DNA from: Macrostomum lignano
Taxonomy: Eukaryota
Assembly: GCA_002269645.1 (NCBI GenBank)
Contig: NIVC01001793.1
Location: 1 to 64,000 of the forward strand
Direction of reading: 5' to 3'
Length of the DNA: 64,000 bases
Position numbers and translations under genes: made by a program. Under the pieces are notes generated by a model. That model was not told where the DNA came from, searched no databases, and saw nothing but the letters and a program-made list of their open reading frames with translations. This document shows positions 10,099-21,490 of this stretch, piece after piece; the stretch's first letter is position 1, and each line of letters starts with the position of its first letter.

Positions 10099-11742
10099 AT
10101 GCTTACGGACGCGGCTAAAAGAAAGATTTCCTCCTACCTTGTGCTCGTCATTTTCTTCCTCTACAAGTCATCGGAAAGCCTATTGCAGCCATCCATTCGT
10201 ATCTACATCTACCAGGAGGTGTGCCTAGCCGAGGGACTGCCAGCCGAAGTCTGCAACGTCCACAAGCCGAACGCTTGGTCCCAGTCTCACCAGCCACCAG
10301 CAGTGTCTGTCGAGCAGCAGAACGATATGCAACGTACGGCGTCAAACTATCTATTGATTTATCGAATTCTGCTTAATCTGCCGGCCGTGTTCTTCTGCCT
10401 GTTTGCCGGATCCTGGAGCGACAGGGTTGGGCGCAAGTACCCGATGATGCTACCACCGCTTGGCGCAGTTTTAGCAGTGTTCTGTTTCGCACTCAGCACA
10501 ATGCCCGACACAGCCACCCTCACCTGGGTAATGATAGGCGCCACTATTTACGGATTTTTTGGCAAGTCGACTGTCATGACCATGGCCTGCACCAGCTACG
10601 TTGCAGACACCAGCAGCCGGGAGGATCGCACTGAGCTGCTTGGCCGCCTGCTTGCCATGAACTTTTTTGGCATCTTCTTCGGCTCTCTGCTCACGGGCGT
10701 GTTCCAAAGCCTGGGCGACATTTACGCCATGCTGATTACCAATTTGGTGATCAACCTTCTGCTAGAACTGGCCATCGTGGTGCTTGTCCGAGAGTCAGTG
10801 GAAACCGCTGACACAGCCAGCTGCGCCCAGCTTGCCTGTCCCTGCGTCAACACCGCCACCTGGAGCCTCTCGGTGCGCGACTCAATCGGCTTTCTGATGC
10901 AGAAGCGGCCCCAGCAGCTCAGTCTCATATTCCTGTTTGCCTCCCTGTGCGTTAATCAGATCTGCAAGCAAGGTGAGCAGGACGTAATTCTGCTGCTGGT
11001 CGAGCACGAGCCGTTCAATTGGCCGGGAGAATATTATGGCTACTACCTGTCAGTCTATTATGCCTGCATGGGCCTCAACCTGATTCTGGCGCTGCCGCTG
11101 CTTACCCGCTACCTCCAGCCAACCGACGCAGCTTTGGTAGCATTTGGCCTGCTAATGAAGACAATTCGCTTAGTAATCACCAGTCTGGCGGAGACCACCT
11201 GGCTGCTGTTTGCCAGCGCCGTTCTCGGCTGCTTCGCCGGCTTCATCGTCTCGGCCACAAAGTCGATGACGTCCAAGCTGGTGGACGAGAGCGAGACAGG
11301 ACAGACCTTCTCGCTGCTGTCATGCGCCGAGGCGCTAGCGAACCTGCTTGGCCCGGCGATGTTCAACCCGATCTACGGAGCCACAGTCGACATGTTCCCG
11401 GGCATGGTGTTCAGCCTGGACGCCTGTTTGCACTTCTTCCTAATGTGCTGCTTCCTAAGGCTCTACCTGCTTCAACACCAAGAGAATTCAACGTCCGAGA
11501 CTACGCCAGTGCTCGGCTCGGCGTCAATCAGTCTGCAGTCACCGTCGTCATTATTTGAACAGCAGCTGCGTCCGCCGCAGCCGCCCAGTATTCGAATTCA
11601 TGGTGTACGGAAACGTTCGGCAGCCGCGGCCGGCGAGGCTGACGAGGACGGCGAAGAAGACGGGAAAGAGGTGGACTGCGTCAGTGACTCTGACGATGGA
11701 GACCGACGATCAGCGATGCTAGACGCTGCGTGTGCGCACTAG
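10099..11742 (+). CDS. SLC46-family (PCFT/SLC46A3-like) major facilitator superfamily transporter, intronless, 547 aa
   Basis: Single long ORF with about 12 hydrophobic segments, MFS motif A (GSWSDRVGRK), SYVADTSSREDRT and SKLVDESETG loop motifs, and an acidic C-tail. The paralogue cannot be resolved. Confidence 0.9.
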   Translation: MLTDAAKRKISSYLVLVIFFLYKSSESLLQPSIRIYIYQEVCLAEGLPAEVCNVHKPNAWSQSHQPPAVSVEQQNDMQRTASNYLLIYRILLNLPAVFFCLFAGSWSDRVGRKYPMMLPPLGAVLAVFCFALSTMPDTATLTWVMIGATIYGFFGKSTVMTMACTSYVADTSSREDRTELLGRLLAMNFFGIFFGSLLTGVFQSLGDIYAMLITNLVINLLLELAIVVLVRESVETADTASCAQLACPCVNTATWSLSVRDSIGFLMQKRPQQLSLIFLFASLCVNQICKQGEQDVILLLVEHEPFNWPGEYYGYYLSVYYACMGLNLILALPLLTRYLQPTDAALVAFGLLMKTIRLVITSLAETTWLLFASAVLGCFAGFIVSATKSMTSKLVDESETGQTFSLLSCAEALANLLGPAMFNPIYGATVDMFPGMVFSLDACLHFFLMCCFLRLYLLQHQENSTSETTPVLGSASISLQSPSSLFEQQLRPPQPPSIRIHGVRKRSAAAAGEADEDGEEDGKEVDCVSDSDDGDRRSAMLDAACAH

Positions 11743-12977
11743 TAGTTTGGTTTCAACGATAAAATGATGCACTGAACACCCTGCAAGATGGGACTTTGTC
11801 CACTCGATGTTGTCTAACGCTCTCGGATTGACTTAGTCAGTCTTAGAAAAATAATAGAAGCTTAGTTACCATCCATTTTAAATTAGCTACAAAGCTTTGA
11901 ATAGAGATTTCTGCTTTCGTCTTCATGTTCGTGAAAACGACTTAAAATGGACCCGAATAAAAGTGGAAATAGAAGAAAAAGTTTAAATCCATCATACGAG
12001 CTAGTTATTTGTCTTTCAATATATGTCTTCTTATATACAGCTTCTAGGAGTAGGAAGCTCCCTTGGAGGCGTTGACGATTCGAGGTCGCCTCACCCACCC
12101 TCAAAACATGCAACAAAAAAGCATGCCGTCAAAAGGTGTAAAAAGAAAATGTGAACAGGTCGATGGTCTGTGGGCACGGCCTGGCGCAACGTATTCGGCG
12201 ATATCTTCTTACAACCAGCGCTGACCTCCGACTCCTGAGCACATACAGGCTTGTACAATCTCTGAGCCTTAGGGGTTGGCACTCCTTTTCATTTAGCGCG
12301 GAGCTGCTCTGCCTCTCAAGTATTGGGCGCAGAGAATCTGAATAAATGGTCAACCAAATGTTGCAGGGAGGGAAACGAGCTGTACGAGTATTAAATGGTG
12401 AATGATGCGAAAGTCTCGAAAAAAATCGCTGAAAACATCGAAAAATTGAATCCCAAAGAACGCCAGCACGAACTTTCACAGCTATATTTAGAAGAAAAAA
12501 TGGATTGTTGATTCCCAGCCTCAAACTGATCGAAGAAATGACAGCGGGGAAGCAAACAGATCGAGAGCGCTCTTTAAGAGGCCTCGAAACGAGTGGCCGC
12601 CATCGTCTCTCGATCGTCTTCTTGAGCACTAAATCCCAAAGAAAATGAGACGCTATGCGTCGTCAGCAGAGCTAAGTCCCATCCTAGATGAAGAATCTGG
12701 ATAGGGGGAGAGTTCGGACAGGGGATTAACCGCTGCAGCGGAGAAGCGCTAATTACCTCGCTGATCGTTTGGCCTAACCAGATGCAAGAGGAAGACTGCT
12801 GGACTAACGCTTCAAGGATTCCCTATTGCTTACCAGGATCAACGCTAACAAAATCGAAATGGATGCCGCAGTGACCCACAAGACAAATTACTGCCAAATC
12901 TGCGCCAGCATCTGCACTATTAACTGGGACATTGAAGTAAGCTTAAATATTACCACCGCTAATGCAAACTAAGAAGT

Positions 12978-13491
12978 CTAGATGGACTAGGATGCCTGTA
13001 GATGGACTGGGAAGCCTATAGATGGACTAGGAAGCCTGTAGATGGATGGACTAGGAAGCCTGTAGATGGATGGACTGGGAAGCCTGTAGATGGATGGACT
13101 AGGAAGCCTGTAGATGGATGGACTAGGAAGCCTGTAGATGGATGGACTGGGAAGCCTGTAGATGGATGGACTAGGAAGCCTGTAGATGGATGAAATAGGA
13201 AGCCTGTAGATGGATGGACTAGGAAGCCTGTAGATGGATGGACTGGGAAGCCTGTAGATGGATGGACTAGGAAGCCTGTAGATGGATGGACTGGGAAGCC
13301 TGTAGATGGACTGGAAAGCCTGAAGGTGGACTGAGAAGCCTGAAGGTGGACTGAGAAGCCTGAAGGTGGACTGAGAAGCCTGTAGGTGGACTGAGAAGCC
13401 TGTAGGTGGACTGGGAAGCCTCTAGATAGATGGACTGGGAAGCCTGTAGGTGGATTGGGAAGCCTGTAGGTGGACTGGGAAGCCTGTAGGT
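12978..13491. repeat. Minisatellite, 24-bp unit GATGGACTAGGAAGCCTGTAGATG grading into 20-bp variants
   Basis: Tandem array between SLC46 and ENPP. Confidence 0.95.
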
Positions 13492-13695
13492 CATGGGTGG
13501 GCAAACTCCGGCCCGCAAGTCAAATGTGACCTTGATAGCCTGGGATCATCCGGCCCTCGGGTTCTTTGAAACTTCACAATAGCAATCCGGCCCGCTCAAT
13601 GTTTATATCTCTTCTCAGCGCTCTTCTCTCTAATCTCCTCTCTATTCTCTTCCTCTCTTCTCTTCTCTATCATCAAAAAAGTTTGCCGAACCCTG
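13492..13695 (-). mobile_element. hAT (Buster-like) MITE, family A, with 8-bp TSD CTGTAGGT
   Basis: TIR CATGGGTGGGCAAACT / CAGGGTTCGGCAAACT (13/16). TSD at 13484-13491 and 13696-13703 has a central TA. Confidence 0.8.
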
Positions 13696-14869
13696 CTGTA
13701 GGTGGACTGGTAAGCTAACTAAAAACCTCTACATTAACATACTAAGACTAGCTCAGCTACAGCTCATCTTAGTCATGATAAATAAACAAGAATTCCTAAT
13801 TTTCCAAGAACTCAGTAATAAACATAATTATTGTTTGAGCATATTAATAATGCATGCGCATGCTATGAAGATTGGCACAAAAATATATTTCTCTCACCGC
13901 AAATTAAAGAATGAAAACAAAGACAGAAAATTGGTAAAGATAAGCAACTAGGCCAAGGAGAGTGATACATAGTAGTAGATTTGCTTTTAGTACAGCCAAG
14001 TTCAAATCAGAACAGACAAGATCTCAATATAAATATACAAGTAGATTAGTTTAAGATCCGTATATTCTAATAGTGACACAAAAATCTACAATTTAACCTA
14101 ACTTTAGATATTGCGCGCTTAAGCTACTCATAGTAGACACAAGGTGTGTATGCAGAGTTATTTTTACAATAGATTTGTTCATACAATTCAATTTCTTGAA
14201 GATAAAAGCAGGAAAAGCACAGAGCCAGGTAACAAAACGGATGCACAAGAAAAATCAATGCAAATAACGAACCAACGGAAGAAGTCTCCACACAGCAGCA
14301 ATCAAGCAACCAAAAAGAAATTACACAAAGTAAAAAGGTGGCAAAACACCTTTAATCTAAACTGTCAAATTATCCGAAAAATGTTGCACATCAAGCATAG
14401 TTTAAAAACAGTCTTCACATTTCTTCAATTAAGACTGCTTTTTGCATAGGCCTTTAAAAGCCTGAAGAGTTGAAACAGACGCATGCAATTTGTCACTAGA
14501 ATAGAGGATAGATGTCAATAGATACTTCAAATATGATTTGTTCTGAAGCGCTACCGGGGAGGCAATAGAGAGTTGAGTAAAGAAAGCAGACAAGCTGTCA
14601 TTTTTAGTAAGCATATTAGTAACCAGGCGTTATAGATGGCTTCAAAGCACCGAAGTAAGACAAAGGACTTGTCTGCATGGCGTGTAATGTCTCTAACTTC
14701 CAGGGTTACAGTTGGATTGGTAAGCAGACAATTAAGGTGAAATTAAAATCAGGATTCACTAAGAAACACATTATGGGATGGTATCACTAAGGATGCAATA
14801 CTTACAAAATTTGTGTGAGCAAAACCCAGCCCTAAGTCGAGTTCATATTCAGATTACTGAGAATTTAAG

Positions 14870-15840
14870 TGTGGAAAATCCCCAGGCCGCAGCCCCAAGT
14901 CAAGGCAAATGGAAATACCCCAGCCTAGCCAAGGTCAAATTTCGATTAACATGGCAATTCAAATGGAAAAACCCCTAACTCTAAGTCAAGGTCACATTTC
15001 GATTACCATGGTAATTCAAATGGAAAAACCCCAACTCTAAGTCAAGGTCACATTTCGATTACCGTGGTAATGCGAATGGAAAAACCCCAGCCTTAAGTCA
15101 AGGTCACAATTCTATTACCGTGGTAATTCAAATGGAAAAACCCCAACTCTAAGTCAAGGTCAAATTTCGATTACCATGGTAATTCAAATGGAAAAACCCC
15201 AACTCTAAGTCAAGGTCAAATTTCGATTACCATGGTAATTTAAATGGAAAAAACCCCAGCTCTAAGTCAAGGTCACATTTCGATTACCATGGTAATTCAA
15301 ATTGAAAAACCCCAACTCTAAGTCAAGGTCGCATTTCGATTACCATGGTAATGCAAATGGAAAAACCCCAACTCTAAGTCAAGGTCACATTTCGATTACC
15401 GTGGTAATGCGAATGGAAAAACCCTAACTCTAAGTCAATGTCACATTTCGATTATCATGATAATTCAAATGGAAATACCCCAACTCTAAGTCAAGGTCAC
15501 ATTTCGATTACCGTGGTAATGCGAATGGAAAAACCCCAGCCTTAAGTCAAGGTCACAATTCTATTACCATGGTAATGCAAATGGAAAAACCCCAACTCTA
15601 AGTCAAGGTCAAATTTCGATTACCATGGTAATTTAAATGGAAAAACCCCAGCTCTAAGTCAAGGTCACATTTCGATTACCGTGGTAATGCGAATGGAAAA
15701 ACCCCAACTCTAAATCAAGGTCACATTTCGATTACCGTGGTAATGCGAATGGAAAAACCGCAGCCCTAAGTCAATGTCATATTATTAAAATTCGCATGAA
15801 AATCCTTATGGAAAAAGCCCAGACCAAAAGTCAAGGTCAC
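14870..15840. repeat. Satellite, 56-bp unit containing TCAAGGTCA and the palindrome ATTACCATGGTAAT, ~16 copies
   Basis: Tandem array ending just 3' of the ENPP stop codon. Confidence 0.95.
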
Positions 15841-15866
15841 AAAATAATCAACAAAAACAAGCAGAT

Positions 15867-18800
15867 TTAAAAGTCTTCATCGTCCAGGCTAAGCGGCAGC
15901 CGATCGTGATGATTGAAACCGCCGCCGCCGCCCCGACCTCCGCTACTATTAGTAGTATCGTCTAGCAGTCCGAACCGCCGATTGCGCCGATACAAGCTAG
16001 TCCGGTAGGCTCGCATAGCGCCTAGGGCGAACACGCTAGTCAAACAGGCGACTAGCAGGAATGACACAAAAGTTGTCACCAGAGTCGACGACAAATAGAA
16101 CGACTTTCCAGCCTCGTCGTCGTCGTCGTCATCGCGTAGGATGGCTCTGATTGGCTCGGCCAGTTTCGGGCCGGCATCGTGCTCGGAGGCGTGCAGGCCC
16201 AGCAGCTCGCAGCACAGTGGATAAATATCCACCAGGCGGACCTGCGACACTGTTCGATTGGCTAGAAATGCCGGGCCCCATGCGGCGAAGATCGGGTGCA
16301 TATCCGGATCCGAATTATTGTATCCGTGATCCCCTAATCGCTCGCCACTTGTCAATACTTTATATTCATCGCAGGTATTGTTGTACACTATGGCTGAGTG
16401 CAGCTTAGCCACGAGAAAGATTGGCGCAATGCGCCTGTTATAGTTGTAATGACTGCGGATCTGCGGTGGCGTAAATAAAAATATTTATGATTAATACGCG
16501 TCTATTCACATAAAAATATCATGCCTTATTGGGTAAACCCCAGCCCCAATTGTCAAGGTCATATCATCTAGGCTACTAAGGAGTCCGTATGGGAAAACCC
16601 CAGCCCCAAGTCAAGGTCATATCTAGTCTAGGCTACTAAGGAGTCCGTATGGGAAAACCCCAGCCCCAAGTCAAGGTAATATCTAGTGTAGGTATGCACT
16701 AATATTTTCGAAACTACTTAGTTTAATATTCAATAAAGACTTGCTAAATTCTCAAGACGAGAGTTAACTTCCGATATGTAGCGTAATAAACTTTAACAAC
16801 AACTAATACAAATGAACCAACCTACCAGCCATGGATCGCCTTTGCGCAGCACAGTGAATGGCTGATTCGCGCTAGCAGCTTTAAGTTTGTCAAAAACAAT
16901 CTGCTCCTTGCCGGCAGCCGGCCACACGTGCCAAGCGGTGTAGTCATGACTCAATTCAGCATTGTACAAACTCCTGTTAACAATGGTATCCATGAAGATC
17001 ACCTTAGACTTGTCCAGCTTAGTCATGCCGTGATCGCTAGTCAGTATAATGTTCACTTTGCCTTTCAGTTTCTTGCTAGATTCGAAACGGTCCAGGAGTC
17101 GACTGAGATGATCATTGAGAGTTTGCACCATTTCTAGAATCTGGAAAACAAAAATAACTTAATTTGACATTAAAAGGAAGACAACTTATCTGAAAACCCT
17201 CCCTTCTCTGCAAAGCTTTCACTTGCTCGTTGCTCTGGCACCGAAGTGTCTGGCTAACACTTTCTAATCGTCAGGCATGTACATCACTTTCTACTCGTCA
17301 GGTATGTACATCACTTTCTACTCGTCAGGCATGTACATCACTTTCTACTCGTCAGGCATGTACATCACTTTCTACTCGTCAGGTATGTACATCACTTTCT
17401 ACTCGTCAGGCATGTACATCACTTTCTACTCGTCAGGTATGTACATCACTTTCTACTCGCCAGGCATGTACATCACTTTCTACTCGTCAGGTATGTACAT
17501 CACTTTCTAATCGTCAGGTATGTACATCACTTTCTAATCGTCAGGCATGTACATCACTTTCTAATCGTCAGGCAGGCATGTACATCACTTTCTAATCGTC
17601 AGGCATGTACATCACTTTCTACTCGTCAGGCATGTACACTCCCTGTGCCTTGGGGATTGGCCCTCAACAACCCCCTCCCACGGCCAATTTTCGGGGGCAA
17701 CCCCCTCCCCCCAAACAATTAATCAATAAGCAAGCCCCCAGACACATGTGGGTAATGATGAAGTTTTAGAATTCTCAAGTTATTCGATAGTTATTCTTAC
17801 CTAATAAGTTAAATCTAATTACGAAAAGCCCTTTAACTACGCTTTCAAGTCTTACCTTTGGACTATCTGGTCCAAATTTGTGCCCAGTGGAGTCTGGCTC
17901 AGGCAGATAGAGCAGGCTCAGTCTACAATGTTCGTCAGTTTCAAACCAGTTCGCAATTCGTTCAATATAATAGTCGGCTTGCATAGCGTTCTGATGGCTG
18001 TACAGCCCGAGGCTGTAGGTCGGGTAGGCCGATTTGATCTGACAAGAAAATAAAACACTTTGAAATATAAATGAGTCCAACGAGACTACTTAAAGTAGAA
18101 ATAGAGATACTCCTTGTATTTTGGCCCAAATTTACCCCCACTCCTCTGGTTCTTCAGTGAGCAGCTACTCCCATCTGCCATTTCAAAGTACAAAGAATCT
18201 AAGTATCCACAAGAGGACTGCTCATTCCGCTGAGTCCTGAGCATGTACAAGCGCGCCAATACTGTACACGCTCACACAAGGTGTACAGAGGCTCTTTGAC
18301 TTCTTAATCACCAGGCATGTACACTCTCTGTGCCTTGAAGGTTGGCCATCATGGGCGTGAATCGCACGACAACCCCAATCCGATTCTTTCCTACCTTAGC
18401 AGCCGAGGATGGCCAGTTCAGAACAGCGCTATGCAGCTTGTGCCGCTGGGCGGTCACCCAGATAGGCTCGGGACCGGATGCATCTCTGGACCCATTGTTC
18501 CACATAGCTGTTTCAGTGCTGGTGGAAGCATCGAATCCCCGTTGTAGCTCTGGATCGTAGAACTTATTGGACAGCACGCCGTGGCGCTCCTCGTGCAGTC
18601 CAGTAGCGATAGTGTAGTGATTGGGGAACGTCTTGGACACGAAGTCGTCAATAACGGTGCGACCGGAGATGCCTTCTTGTTGAAGTCGACGAAATGCGCT
18701 GACATTGTAGCCGGACTTGGCAGCTAGGTGAATGTAGTCATGCCGGAATCCATCCATAGAGATTAGCAATAACCAATTAGGCATGTGCTCGATATTATGA

Positions 18801-18889
18801 CCCATTGTTGGGCCACCGCATAGCACTATGAAAAGGGCTGCTACTACTGACCATTGCCTGATGACTGCTTGCCATTGGATTGCAGGCAT
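15867..18889 (-). CDS. Ectonucleotide pyrophosphatase/phosphodiesterase (ENPP4/5-like, type I membrane), 4 exons: 18889-18395, 18038-17856, 17140-16826, 16460-15867 (528 aa)
   Basis: All introns are phase-0 GT-AG. Motifs: LISMDGFR, catalytic Thr in KTFPNHYTIATG, YLPEPDSTGH, LTSDHGM, HYNYNRRIAPI and GDHGYNNSDPDMHPIFAAWGPAF. N-terminal signal peptide and C-terminal TM helix are present. Confidence 0.92.
16530..16690. repeat. Three ~60-bp units related to the 56-bp satellite (GAAAACCCCAGCCCCAAGTCAAGGTCA core)
   Basis: Short tandem in ENPP intron 3. Confidence 0.8.
17270..17636. repeat. Minisatellite, 27-bp unit ATGTACATCACTTTCTACTCGTCAGGC, ~13 copies
   Basis: Tandem array in ENPP intron 2. Confidence 0.95.
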
Positions 18890-20039
18890 CTTTGTTCCAA
18901 TGATACAACATGAGTTAGCATTGTGAATAAAAAATAAATAAAAATAAATAAAATCATTTCTATCTTGGTAATCTTGGTAATTGGTAATTTTTCTTGTTAA
19001 GTTAACAAAAGTAAATAGTTAAGTAACTTGAAGTTTTTGTCAATTTCAATCAGTCAAAAACCAGTTAATTTTTTAAATATCCACTCAGATATCTATTTAG
19101 ATTTGCTTAAATATCTGCATAGTGCAACTGAGGTAGTCCCCTTTTTATAGTACTCATTTACAGTATAGTCTTTTATAGTACTATGATTATACAAGTGTAG
19201 TCTGCTGTTTCATAGAAAATACTGCATTTGAATTATGTGCTAAAATTTAGTTTTAATGTTGTGTTATAAAAAATTTTCTGAATAAATTTGTTTTAAATCT
19301 ATCTCTAAAATAGTATAAATAAAACACAGATCTGAGAGGGGCAGACAACTTCTGCTTACTCTAGCATTAAAACTAAAAATTCTAGCTTAAATCTTCTAAA
19401 GTTCAGAAATTAATCAAAATTCATTTTGTAATTCTTAAAAGGCTTTAATCGTTTCTAGTCTTTTAGAGACCCTAAATTGGGAGAACTGAAGCCCACTGAA
19501 GGTAAAATTGCCTTAGAGCAGTACAAATGCTTAGAAGCCTTGTATGACCCTCTGATCTTGGGAATGCCTAGGACTGAGAAAAATCCCTTTATAGGAGTAA
19601 CAGAAATAAAGGAATAGGATAGACAATGTCAATAACTACTTAGGCCAAGAAATAGTTTATACTCTATTAGTAGATAAATATGTATGCTACCAGTAAGTAT
19701 ATTCATGCTAATCATGCATTACCAATAATATCAATATGTGCTCGTATATATAAAACATTAGTAAAAGTACATAAGTAATAAGAACACTAGAAGCAATTGT
19801 AGTAGCCAGCTTGGTAGTAGCAATAAGAGTAAATCTAAATCATAATAGAAAAGTAATATTTAGGGCAAATTTAGTAATAGCCTTTTAGATTTTGATAAGA
19901 CAGGTTAGCTTTTTATCTTTGGTGACAATGGTATGATTGTTAACATACATGCGCAACCCCCCTGATTTACACTGGCCATGCGACTTACTTTTTGACCAAA
20001 AATGCGACTTATCTGTGAAAGAAACCCTAACACAAATTT

Positions 20040-20101
20040 GGGTAAACGGCAGGAGTAACTATAACTGTCTTATAAGGGTTAAATGCCTCGTCATCTAATT
20101 A
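20040..20101 (+). other. 28S rDNA-like fragment (helix 69-71 region) with altered central 18 nt, second copy
   Basis: Arms match the LSU consensus (as recalled) at 22/23 and 21/21; the core matches at 9/18. Confidence 0.75.
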
Positions 20102-20849
20102 TTACTACGTCTATATTCTTTGAGCTGCGTATTTTTGCAACTTACCCCTGGTCTACCACAATTTACGGTGGCCAGATCAGCCAGGTCGGCTAGCAGTTGT
20201 GCATGTATGATTGTTAAAGAGAGAACAAAGAGCACTATTATAACTTTGGTGTCAGTAGTAGGATAATCTTTAAGAGTAGAAGCAAAAACACTATTACAAC
20301 ATTAGTGTGAATAATAGAATTATTAATAGACAGAAAAAAACCTATTGGTGTTATATAGCCAATAATTTTGGTGGGTGGGGGGGGGGGCAAATCTTAGAAG
20401 CAAAGAGAGGCAAGACTTGGTAGGCTATTTCCCTAATTTCCTTTACGTTTTCTTTATTATAATATTTTCTTACAAGTTTTTTTAGCAATCTTTCTAAAAA
20501 AGAGGATGCCTAGGGCAACTCCTTGACTTTACCTTATCAATTTTATACTTTAATATTTATTAGTTTTTAAATTTTTGGTGTAATCAATAAATTAGTTTGT
20601 TCTTGCAAGTTAATATATGAACTAAATGATATAGAGATATATTCTATATCTTGGAATAAATAATTTTATATTTGTATTATAATATTATCATTTATTATAA
20701 TTTGACTATTATATAATTGTGTTTTTTATATCTTTAAAAAATGTTCAGTTAATAGTAAATAAATAACATGGTTAAGCCTATTTTTCTTTCTTTGTTTAGT
20801 TTTAAGCATAGCATAGAGGTAAGTCAAAAATATTTATTATTTATGGAGT

Positions 20850-21490
20850 ACTTATAGACATGGTGGCCATGTCTATAATATTGGAGCTTTATAGACATGG
20901 CTATAATCATTGATATAAAAATATGTTCTGTAGGGCTCTCTTACAAGCAAATGGTGGCTTAGTGGATATGTCAATTGCCTTGTGATTGCATATAGCAAGG
21001 TTTAAATCCCAAGTGGTTGGAGTTTTTTTATTTGATTTTTTTGTGAATAGAAATTTTTGCATCTTGAACTTTTTAAGTTTTTTAGTTAGAATAAAAAAAT
21101 AATAAATAATAATTAACTTAAATTAAATTAAATAAGAGTAATCACTAAATCTTAAAGTGCAGCTGATATGTATCAAAAAAATATTTTTTTTCTAATAGCT
21201 ACATATATTATTATATATTTATGGCCACACTTTTAAGATTTTGTGTTACTTTAAAGAATTTAATTTAATTTTTTAAAACTTCAAATAGAAAAAAACTCCA
21301 ACCACTTCTAAGATTTGAACCTTTTCACGCAATCACAAGGCAATTAACTTACCTACTAAGCCACCATTTGCTTATGAGAGAGCCCTACAAAACACATATT
21401 TTATTTTGATTTTCAATGATTATATACATGGCATAGCCATGCCTATAAGCTCCAATATTACAGACATGGCCAGCCATTGTGTCTCTAAGT
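20850..21490. repeat. ~640-bp imperfect palindrome (foldback) with tRNA-like A/B boxes in each arm
   Basis: Example: TGTAGGGCTCTCTTACAAGCAAATGGTGGCTTAGT pairs with ACTAAGCCACCATTTGCTTATGAGAGAGCCCTACA. Symmetry continues to an A7-T8 centre near 21180. Confidence 0.85.

Noticed and set aside
14870-15840. CRISPR-like appearance (regular repeats with an internal palindrome)
   Set aside because: The units are contiguous with no unique spacers, there are no cas genes, and the context is eukaryotic.
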